NCBI GenBank assembly: GCA_016214655.1
Contig: JACROC010000002.1
Span: 67,801-131,800 of the forward strand
Direction of reading: 5' to 3'
From: Candidatus Harrisonbacteria bacterium
Lineage (GTDB): Bacteria > Patescibacteriota > Minisyncoccia > UBA6257 > 02-FULL-45-10c
DNA: 64,000 bases
Shown: positions 54,698-64,000 of the stretch, one piece after another
Numbering within the stretch: position 1 is the stretch's first letter
Layout: the number at the start of each line of letters is the position of its first letter
Program-made: the position numbers and the translations under genes
The notes under the pieces: model-generated
What the model saw: the letters and a program-made list of their open reading frames with translations, nothing else
What the model was told of the DNA's origin: nothing
Databases searched by the model: none

Positions 54698-55273
54698 CTA
54701 GAGCGAAAGTCCCGGAGCTGTTCCAAGTTCATAAACATCAGCGTCAGTGCCGCCATCTTTGGATTCCTTATCATCCGTACCGGTATTTGCATATCTGGCA
54801 CTTTCCAGATTCGCATCCAACTCAAACGTCTTGGCGGTATTATCGCAGGCATAGGAATAGAAATAAGTTGCATCGTTGATTGGATCAATCGGCAAAATTG
54901 CCAGCGGTGCGCCGCCTGGAATAGCGCCAAGATTCACTGGCACCCAGCCATTGCCATCCACTTCCCTAGTAAGATCCTCGGTAGTAGTTTTAGTACCGTG
55001 GCGTCCGCCGCAATTGGCCGCAACTCCTGAAGCACCAACATAACAAAGGGTCGAGCAGCTATTTGTGCCGCCATCCATATCAGGACCAGTGACAGTAGCA
55101 AGATAAGTGGCTAACGCGCCATTTAAATTACTCAAATCCTGAAACCTGGTAGCATCGCGTCCTTGGGCAAAAAATTGGGCTGGATTCAATACCAAAACCG
55201 TAACCGTACCCAAAATGGCCAAAATACCGATAACGATGACTAATTCTAATAATGTAAAACCTTTAATTGCCAT
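54698..55273 (-). CDS. Type IV major pilin
   Basis: KG^FTLLELVIVIGILAIL, GRDATRFQDL and LPIDP motifs. Cys pairs. Confidence 0.9.
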   Translation of the reverse strand: MAIKGFTLLELVIVIGILAILGTVTVLVLNPAQFFAQGRDATRFQDLSNLNGALATYLATVTGPDMDGGTNSCSTLCYVGASGVAANCGGRHGTKTTTEDLTREVDGNGWVPVNLGAIPGGAPLAILPIDPINDATYFYSYACDNTAKTFELDANLESARYANTGTDDKESKDGGTDADVYELGTAPGLSL

Positions 55274-55377
55274 AAAAAATTAAAATTAAGCTTATTTTCT
55301 CGACCAGTTATGATTAGTTTAAGTATAGCATATCCATAATAAACGTAACCCAAGGCCTGTGGATAACCACGTCACCT

Positions 55378-55746
55378 TTACACCCCCAGAAAAGCCCTTA
55401 TTTTGGAGACTAATTCATCAATAGTAACCTTGGCCTTTACGATATAATCCGCCACGCCTAATTCCCTGCCCCTTTCAACGTCGGTATCCTGGCCTAAATT
55501 AGAGATAATAATCACCGGAATCTTAGCCGTTTCCGAAACTGCCCTTATCTCTTCCAAAACCTCAAATCCGGACTTTCCCGGCAAAATAAGATCAAGTAAA
55601 ATCAGGTCCGGCTTTTGTGCCTGGGCAGCTTTTGCCGCTTCACTACCGCTTTTCACCGAAACCAAATCAAACCCTTCCCGCTTCAGGCGGTTTCCCAGAA
55701 GAGAAGACAAAAACGGGTCGTCTTCAATAAGTAAAATCTTTTTCAT
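55378..55746 (-). CDS. Single-domain response regulator
   Basis: ILLIEDD, LLDLILP and DYIVK motifs. Confidence 0.92.
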   Translation of the reverse strand: MKKILLIEDDPFLSSLLGNRLKREGFDLVSVKSGSEAAKAAQAQKPDLILLDLILPGKSGFEVLEEIRAVSETAKIPVIIISNLGQDTDVERGRELGVADYIVKAKVTIDELVSKIRAFLGV

Positions 55747-55869
55747 AATCGGAGCAATTCCTAATAATGCGAATTATAGCAAATAATGCTGATAATACCT
55801 AGGCTATTGACGAAATATTTTAATATGATATTATCTGAACAGTACAAATTCGTAAAGCTCGGGGAACGC

Positions 55870-56064
55870 ATGAGAAAGTTGCTGAACGATTATTGGTTTT
55901 ACTGCAAGCATGTCTGGCGTAACCCGCTCTGTTACATATTAACACTGCCGCCGCTCTTCGGCTCAGGTTTAATCGTAATGAGACTAACTACTACGACTTT
56001 CCTGATGCTCCTTGTTCCTGCCATTGTGATGTTACAGCTCTATCTAGAATCCAAATTACTATAA
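55870..56064 (+). CDS. Small two-TM membrane protein
   Basis: TTGACG promoter-like site upstream. Hydrophobic ORF followed by terminator AAGACGCC/GGCGTCTTTTTT. Confidence 0.55.
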   Translation: MRKLLNDYWFYCKHVWRNPLCYILTLPPLFGSGLIVMRLTTTTFLMLLVPAIVMLQLYLESKLL

Positions 56065-56288
56065 AAAACTCCACCGAAAAACTAACCCTCAAACAAGACG
56101 CCGAATCTTAATTGATATGGCGTCTTTTTTTATTTAAAAAATCTAACTCCTATCAACCACTCCACTAAAATAAAAACAAGCTAGTATGTTTTGTAGAGCA
56201 ACAGTGAGTTTATTTTTTCTGCATCATAAAAACGGGTTACTGTGCTTTGTAGAGAAACTACGAAACCCAAACTCCATCAACCAAACTA

Positions 56289-56444
56289 AAAAAGGTTTAC
56301 TTGTTTATCGTGCAGTAACTACGGAGCCGCGATTTGCTAGGTTTGTTTTGCGAAGCAAAACAAAAATCGCGGCGAGGCGTAGGAGCCGCTTGCCGCAGGA
56401 GCAAGCGGACTCCGGTACTGTCAGATAAATAAGTAAACCTTTTT
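56289..56444 (+). ncRNA. Structured repeat element, copy 3
   Basis: ~21-bp basal stem AAAAAGGTTTACTTGTTTATC/GATAAATAAGTAAACCTTTTT around a core homologous to copies 1 and 2, with compensatory changes. Confidence 0.72.
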
Positions 56445-56589
56445 AAGAAAACTTTCTAGTTATCCCAACCTTATGCGACCCGATATAAATATCGGATAAG
56501 CAAATCGAGACTTAAGGTTCCTCGATCAACACCTTTGAATATGCTTTCGCATACTATCGTTCTCCATCAAATATAAATATTTGATTTTT

Positions 56590-58556
<1,967 letters not shown>

Positions 58557-58858
58557 AAATTTGATTGCAGGAAACCCTCGAACGAGTTTCTCGCAACCAA
58601 ATTCTGTATTGGGACAACTAGAAAATTTTCTTTTTTAATCTTGGACTCGCTCATCCCGCAACACGGGACAAACGATTTTGCTCAATTAACTAATTGATAA
58701 TTTTACCTTTTTGTTTTATCAAAGCGGCGAGTACTATTTTCCGTGAAAATAATACACCCGCCTTGTTCCTCGGTTTCCCAAGAAGCAAGGCGGATGTACT
58801 TTAAAAATCCAAATATTTATTTTTTAATTAAGCACCAATAATCATATTAGTAATATAC

Positions 58859-58887
58859 ATTATATTCGCAAACACAAATAGCGTCAA
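58859..58887 (-). promoter_or_regulatory. rRNA sigma70 promoter
   Basis: TTGACG-17 bp-TATAAT about 300 bp upstream of 16S. Confidence 0.8.
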
Positions 58888-58957
58888 TACCCCTCCAAAA
58901 CTTTCTTCCCCGCGCAGTTTAAATGCGCGGAGACTGAAAATTCTCGAGAATTTTCGT

Positions 58958-59188
58958 TTATTGTTGTCCGCTTGGCATGCAAGTGCCGCAATCCGAACAA
59001 TCCATCTTAATCGGAGTAGCTAAAGCGGCAAGAACCAGCGCATTCCAATACCAAGCTAACGGCTCCAGGCCCGCGACTAATCCCCGACTCCAGACTGCTA
59101 CCCATGCCATAACTAAAGAAACTGCGCTAGCCAGCCACAAAAGCTTCCAAAGCAAGCACTTCCGTGAATGACTCATTAAACTTTTCAT
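58958..59188 (-). CDS. Small two-TM membrane protein with a C-terminal CxxCxxC
   Basis: Hydrophobic ORF followed by a CCGCGCA/TGCGCGG hairpin. Confidence 0.6.
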   Translation of the reverse strand: MKSLMSHSRKCLLWKLLWLASAVSLVMAWVAVWSRGLVAGLEPLAWYWNALVLAALATPIKMDCSDCGTCMPSGQQ

Positions 59189-59310
59189 AAAATTGCAGGA
59201 ATGATTATTGCGACCTTTATTTATAAATCCAATTATAACAATAAAATCTCCGGTGGCAAAATACTAGGTCCCTTGCCAAAACAAAATTTCATATATATAA
59301 TAAATCAAAT

Positions 59311-59580
59311 ATGAAACAAGATGTCCATCCAACTTATTTTCCAAAAGCAAAAGTGAAATGCGCTTGCGGCGCGGTTTTTGAAATTGGCTCAACTAAGCCG
59401 GAACTCTTAGTCGAAATCTGCTCCCATTGCCACCCCTTCTTTACCGGTAAAGAAAAACTTATTGATACCGCCGGAAAGGTAGAGAAATTCAAAGCGCGCA
59501 GAGAAAAAGCCGCTGCTTCTGCTGCTAAACGCCAGACTAAAAAGGGAAAAAAGCCAAGGGTAAAGAAGCAGAAGAAATAA
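59311..59580 (+). CDS. rpmE: 50S ribosomal protein L31 (zinc type)
   Basis: [13 protein letters not shown] and [12 protein letters not shown] motifs. Confidence 0.96.
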   Translation: MKQDVHPTYFPKAKVKCACGAVFEIGSTKPELLVEICSHCHPFFTGKEKLIDTAGKVEKFKARREKAAASAAKRQTKKGKKPRVKKQKK

Positions 59581-59592
59581 CTACCTTGAGCG

Positions 59593-59673
59593 ATTAGCGA
59601 CTAGTGGTTAGCCACTAGTTTTTATTTTGAATATTTCAAAGTTTACTAGTCGCTAGTGGCTAGTCGCTAACTA
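59593..59673. repeat. Inverted heptamer arrays (TAGCGAC/GTCGCTA-like) between rpmE and prfA
   Basis: TTAGCGACTAGTGGTTAGCCACTAG...CTAGTCGCTAGTGGCTAGTCGCTAA. A related array occurs at ~46651-46673. Confidence 0.65.
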
Positions 59674-59681
59674 CTAAAAAT

Positions 59682-60407
59682 ATGGTTCAAAAACTAATTC
59701 TCGAAATAAGAGGCGGAGCCGGCGGCGATGAAGCCTCTATCTTTGCCGGTGACCTGGCCAGAATGTATCAGCGTTATGCCGCAACTAAAAGCTGGAAATT
59801 TGGCATTCTCGATACCAGCGCCGGAACAATTGGCGGCTATAAAACTTTTATCAGCCGAGTGGAGGGTGAGGAATGCTTTAACGCGTTAAAACAAGAGTCC
59901 GGAGTGCATCGAGTACAGAGAATTCCTAAAACCGAAAAATCCGGCCGCGTGCATACTTCTACCGCTACCGTGGCAATTCTGCCGGTAGTAGAACCGAAAG
60001 AAGTAAATATTAATCAAGGAGACCTTGAGGTTACTTTCTCACGCGCCGGCGGCCCAGGAGGACAGAATGTGAATAAAATCGAATCCGCAGTCCGGATCTT
60101 GCATAAACCGACTGGCATTGTAGTTTCCTGCCGGGAAGAACGGAATCAGCATGCCAACCGCGAACGCGCTATGGAGGTGCTCCGCGCAAAGCTATATGAA
60201 ATCCAGCAAACTAAAGAAGTCGGAGATATTACTGCCGCCCGCCGCGAACAAGTCGGCAGTGCGGATAGGTCAGAAAAAATCCGCACCTACAATTTCCCGG
60301 ACGACCGAATAACCGACCACCGATTCAATATTAAAGTGCACAATATAGAAAATGTTTTAGAAGGCGACCTAGATGCGCTTTTAAAGAAAATCAACAAAGC
60401 CCAATAA
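59682..60407 (+). CDS. prfA: Peptide chain release factor 1 (N-terminally short)
   Basis: LEIRGGAGGDEA, ESGVHRVQRIPKT (PxT), GGPGGQNVNK and RSEKIRTYNFP motifs. Confidence 0.92.
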   Translation: MVQKLILEIRGGAGGDEASIFAGDLARMYQRYAATKSWKFGILDTSAGTIGGYKTFISRVEGEECFNALKQESGVHRVQRIPKTEKSGRVHTSTATVAILPVVEPKEVNINQGDLEVTFSRAGGPGGQNVNKIESAVRILHKPTGIVVSCREERNQHANRERAMEVLRAKLYEIQQTKEVGDITAARREQVGSADRSEKIRTYNFPDDRITDHRFNIKVHNIENVLEGDLDALLKKINKAQ

Positions 60408-60409
60408 AA

Positions 60410-61906
60410 TTATTGAGAGCTTGCGTCCAAAATTTCAATATCCCTTTCAAAATCCGCCGCGCGTTCGGCAACACGATATCCGTATCGGCCAACTCTCATA
60501 TAAGAACGCCAGCTGCCTCCGGCATAATATTTTGCCGCGGCACAATTTTCCTGCGAAAAAATAGTGCTATAAATAGATTGGCATCCTGTAAGGCCGTCCT
60601 TTAAATAGAGCGCAGTCGCGGTAAATGCATCCGCATTATTGAATGGCGATGGCGGCTCATTGCCGGTAATACCGACTACCCGTTCTTTGTAAATCTGCCA
60701 GGTAGCTGGCATAAATTGCGCGGGTCCCATTGCTCCGCCATAGGAGCCGTCCGAAATAATCGGGCAAGATATTGGTGTTTTCGCGGGATCAAGCTTCAGC
60801 TCCGACATCAGTGCCAAAAATACAGATTTTTGCTGATTACTCATCACCGTTCCGCTTGGATTTCGTCTCGGATCATTGTAATAACATTTACCTAGATTCA
60901 CGCCGATCACGCCGTCCACTGACGATTCCTGGGTAAGTATCGCAAGGGTAAATGCGGCGCGCACACCCGTTGCGCTCTCGGCAACTTTCGCGATTTTCAC
61001 CGCCTCGCCAAAAGGCAATTCGCCTCCCCCCAGTAATTTAAAAATTTGGCTTCGGATTTGAGCGGCGGTCTTTTGAGTCTCCTTCAGGAGAGTTTTATAC
61101 TTTTCTTCATTTCCTTTCGTAATCTGCAAAAGGTTGGCTTTTTCACTTTTAACATTATTCAAAGAAGCCCGCTGGGAATCTTGGTAAGTTTTTAATTGCT
61201 CGGCGTCATTTTTCCTGACCGCCAGGGCTTCTTTTTCATTCAAGAGATCTTCGCGAAGCTGCAAAACCTTTTCCAAAGCACCGCGCACGCTTTCCTGCAC
61301 ATCTATTAAATCGCTGATATCGGCAAAAAAGTCCGCCAACGACGGCTTGCGCAACAAAATCTCGGCCAAGCTTACATTTTCTTTTTCATAAATACTCTGA
61401 AGATAACGGGTAAGCGTATCCTTGCTCTGGTCTATTTTTTCCTCCGTCTGGCTAATTTTATTTTTATTCACAACAATCTCTCCGTTTAATTTCTGAAGCG
61501 AAAGAGTAATGGCCTTGACCTGAAGATTTAACTTATTAATCTTTGCGTTCAAACGGCTGATTTCATCCTGCAAACCCTTACCCTTACTCTTATATTGATC
61601 GACTGTTTCCTGGTAATTGGCAATCTGCGCTTCCAGATCTTCCAGCTGTTTTTCTAATTGTTGTCGCTCATCTTCATTTTCCGCGGCAAAAGAATGCTGA
61701 TTCTGCCCGACCGGCGCCAGCGCCGATCCGAAAACCAAATAGGAAAAAACAACTGCTGTAACAGCGATTTTGGACAATAAAATAAAAGGGATTTTAATAA
61801 TCTTTCGGCTGCTTAAATTCACCCGCGATTTAATTTCAAGATCACTGCTCTTATTTGAATATAAATCCCTGAGAACTCGGGGCCTATTTCTAAACATATA
61901 TTTCAA
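60410..61906 (-). CDS. Coiled-coil lytic transglycosylase-like cell-wall hydrolase
   Basis: TM segment, long PcsB-like coiled coil, AILTQES and GGAMGPAQFMPATW motifs. Confidence 0.85.
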   Translation of the reverse strand: MKYMFRNRPRVLRDLYSNKSSDLEIKSRVNLSSRKIIKIPFILLSKIAVTAVVFSYLVFGSALAPVGQNQHSFAAENEDERQQLEKQLEDLEAQIANYQETVDQYKSKGKGLQDEISRLNAKINKLNLQVKAITLSLQKLNGEIVVNKNKISQTEEKIDQSKDTLTRYLQSIYEKENVSLAEILLRKPSLADFFADISDLIDVQESVRGALEKVLQLREDLLNEKEALAVRKNDAEQLKTYQDSQRASLNNVKSEKANLLQITKGNEEKYKTLLKETQKTAAQIRSQIFKLLGGGELPFGEAVKIAKVAESATGVRAAFTLAILTQESSVDGVIGVNLGKCYYNDPRRNPSGTVMSNQQKSVFLALMSELKLDPAKTPISCPIISDGSYGGAMGPAQFMPATWQIYKERVVGITGNEPPSPFNNADAFTATALYLKDGLTGCQSIYSTIFSQENCAAAKYYAGGSWRSYMRVGRYGYRVAERAADFERDIEILDASSQ

Positions 61907-61948
61907 TTATATCAAAGAAAGGCCCGATTGAATCGGGCCTTGAAAGAA

Positions 61949-62650
61949 TTATTTTGACGGCGGGATTTTAGCTTCCGGTACAGGCTGGGCTTCTGTCGTT
62001 GCGGGTTGCGCCGTTTCCCGTTCAGCTTTCTTCTCTTCAGTTTCCACTTTGACTGCCTCAACGCCGCCGGTAGCTGCCTGCTGCATAGCGAGCTCTTCTG
62101 CTTCAGTCATTTTAGCCGTTACCGTAACAACCACCGTATCCGGACTGACTAAAAATCTGACGTTGGCCGGAATTGCCAAATCTTTTACATAAATACTTTG
62201 GCCGATATCAGTTAATCCGGCCAAATCAACTTTCAGATCATGGGGTAGATCAGCCGGCAAAGCCTCTACTTCCATCTCCTGAAGGGATTTTACTAAAAGA
62301 CCGTTCTTTTCTTTTACTGCCGGCGCTATGCCGACAAATTCCAGCGGAATGCCGACTTTCAGCTTCTCATCCATGCGGACCTGATATAAATCAACACTTT
62401 CAATATCGTCAGTTAAAGAATCATAAGCAACTTCTTGAATCAGTACTGGGTGCTTCTGGCCGTCCAATAAAACATTAACGATGGTGTTTTCGCCCGCTTC
62501 TTTATAAACCTTCTTAAATTCTCTTTTGGGAACGCTTAAATGAAGGTTCTCTAAACCTCTTCCGTAGAGCTCGGCTGGAATTAGCCCCTCCCTACGGAGT
62601 GCCTTAACGCCACGCCCCAGTATCTCACGCTTTTGAACCTGTAATTCCAT
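61949..62650 (-). CDS. rplY: 50S ribosomal protein L25/CTC
   Basis: LRREGLIPAELYG, VDLYQV and EVEALPADLP motifs. Confidence 0.94.
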   Translation of the reverse strand: MELQVQKREILGRGVKALRREGLIPAELYGRGLENLHLSVPKREFKKVYKEAGENTIVNVLLDGQKHPVLIQEVAYDSLTDDIESVDLYQVRMDEKLKVGIPLEFVGIAPAVKEKNGLLVKSLQEMEVEALPADLPHDLKVDLAGLTDIGQSIYVKDLAIPANVRFLVSPDTVVVTVTAKMTEAEELAMQQAATGGVEAVKVETEEKKAERETAQPATTEAQPVPEAKIPPSK

Positions 62651-62719
62651 AACTTAATACATCTAATAACAATGTAGGTTATTATACATTTTCCAAAAAA
62701 TAATTGCAAGAAGAAGGAG

Positions 62720-64000
62720 TTATATCTCTAAATCTTTATCGATATCGCGGATTTCCTTTTCTACCAGCATTTCTGAGCCATTTAATTGTTTGATGATTTC
62801 TTTCTTTAATTCCCGGTTATCCGGCGAAGAATCACTGATGCGAGTTTCAATGTATTTTTTTAGCGCGCCAAAGGCTATATGCAACGCGTGCTCGCTTTCC
62901 GCAATACTGTGTTTCAATTTTTCTTTGGTTGATTTTATCTTGTAAAAGATAGCTATCAGCAAAACCAGCAAACCGATTAACACTACTACCAGCATTATAT
63001 TACCGAAAATTGACTGGAAACGGGCACTTGCAGATTCTTGCACCGGTATTTTGTACTTTTCGGTAGTGGCACTCTTTAATCCTTTTTCATCCTCCGATTC
63101 TGCCCAGATGTTGTAAACTCCCGCCGAAACCGGCTTTTTATAAATTAAAGTAAAGTTACCGCTGGAATCGCTGGCAACCGTTTCAACCATTGGCTCATCC
63201 CCATCTTTCTGCAGAGAAATTTTTATCTTTGAGTCAGGCGATGCAATGCCTCGGACAACTAAAATATCTCCGTCATAAAGCTGCTGGGGCAGATCCAGAA
63301 ACTCCGGGGTTTTCAGCGTGTCAACGGTGATCTCGATTGAGGATTCCAAATATTTGTCCGCTCCGTAATAAGCGCGTACGGTAATTACATGCTTCCCCGG
63401 ACCGAGCTGAGGCGTTGTATAAATATGATTCCCGTCGTCCTGCCATGTCAGGAAATCTCCGCTGTCTATCCGAATTTCATAATGGTCTATGGGCGAATCA
63501 AAATTTCTGACGTCAAATTTCAATCTGGGGCTAGGCGTATTAACCGGCATACCATCCAAAGAAGTAATAGCAAACCTGGCCTCCGGCGATGGCAATCTCG
63601 GAGCATTTATTTGCGGCTCAATGACATATTTAGCATTGCCTATTTGGGTTAAAATATTAGTTCCTAATCCGTCATTGGCTAAAACCGATGAAGAAGGAAA
63701 GGTGAGATTGGCGGTTCCTTCGGCTTTTGGCTTAAAAGTAATCTGCAGAATCTTGCCATTCCTCCCGATAAAACCCGGATTCAATACCACCCCTTCCATT
63801 CTTATCTTGCCGGTACTATTGTCAAGGGTCGGCTCTTCCACCCAAAAATTGATGATAGAACCGCTTTTAGACAGACTAGAAACGGATAATATGTCTTTCG
63901 GAAAATCTATTATTGCCTGAACCGCATTCATGGCCTGATCCGGGCTGGAAACATTGACACTAACGCTGAAAGCGCCTCCTACACTGTAAGTTCCGGATGC
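62720..64000 (-). CDS. Cohesin-like/Ig-domain surface protein, 5' end outside the window
   Basis: NAVQAIIDFP...SSVLANDGLGTNIL cohesin-like domain, Ig-like domains and a C-terminal TM. Confidence 0.75.
   Translation of the reverse strand, partial: ASGTYSVGGAFSVSVNVSSPDQAMNAVQAIIDFPKDILSVSSLSKSGSIINFWVEEPTLDNSTGKIRMEGVVLNPGFIGRNGKILQITFKPKAEGTANLTFPSSSVLANDGLGTNILTQIGNAKYVIEPQINAPRLPSPEARFAITSLDGMPVNTPSPRLKFDVRNFDSPIDHYEIRIDSGDFLTWQDDGNHIYTTPQLGPGKHVITVRAYYGADKYLESSIEITVDTLKTPEFLDLPQQLYDGDILVVRGIASPDSKIKISLQKDGDEPMVETVASDSSGNFTLIYKKPVSAGVYNIWAESEDEKGLKSATTEKYKIPVQESASARFQSIFGNIMLVVVLIGLLVLLIAIFYKIKSTKEKLKHSIAESEHALHIAFGALKKYIETRISDSSPDNRELKKEIIKQLNGSEMLVEKEIRDIDKDLEI

Noticed and set aside
55358-55366. 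DnaA box TGTGGATAA (near match at ~37260) as oriC
   Set aside because: Isolated single boxes with no cluster, DUE or dnaA nearby.

Overview
This 64 kb window looks like chromosome from a Patescibacteria/CPR bacterium, probably Parcubacteria, using genetic code 11. The assignment is inferred from a divergent, unlinked, intron-containing 16S gene, a type IV pilus locus, minimal metabolism and many short orphan genes. Contents from left to right: (1) two fibre/LVIVD surface proteins sharing a C-terminal domain; (2) an ~11.6 kb NAD-salvage/ADP-ribose island (nadD, His-phosphatase, pncB, pncA, ADP-ribosylglycohydrolase, NDT-like-Nudix fusion, methyltransferase, nrtR, nadE, nadK) with three visible TAGTGT-N7-ACACTA operators; (3) an uncharacterised AAA-ATPase/membrane/coiled-coil module; (4) lemA-TPM-TPM; (5) truB, ackA, xfp, obg and a kinase-PP-loop fusion; (6) tRNA-Asn(GUU) split by a group I intron; (7) nrdJ, ftsZ, ftsA, ybeY; (8) a variable patch with an exact 141-bp direct repeat; (9) yqeY, rpsU, hit, hisS, lepB, pth; (10) a type IV pilus operon; (11) 16S rRNA with a group II-like intron and no anti-Shine-Dalgarno; (12) rpmE, an N-terminally short prfA, rplY and cell-surface genes. 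The strongest unexplained signals are a ~120-155 nt covarying multi-stem element present in three copies, an intron domain V interrupted by a 61-nt hairpin insert, strong SD sequences on accessory genes despite the missing anti-SD, and a uORF-linked hairpin that sequesters the rpsU start codon. All calls come from manual motif reading; no database searches were run.
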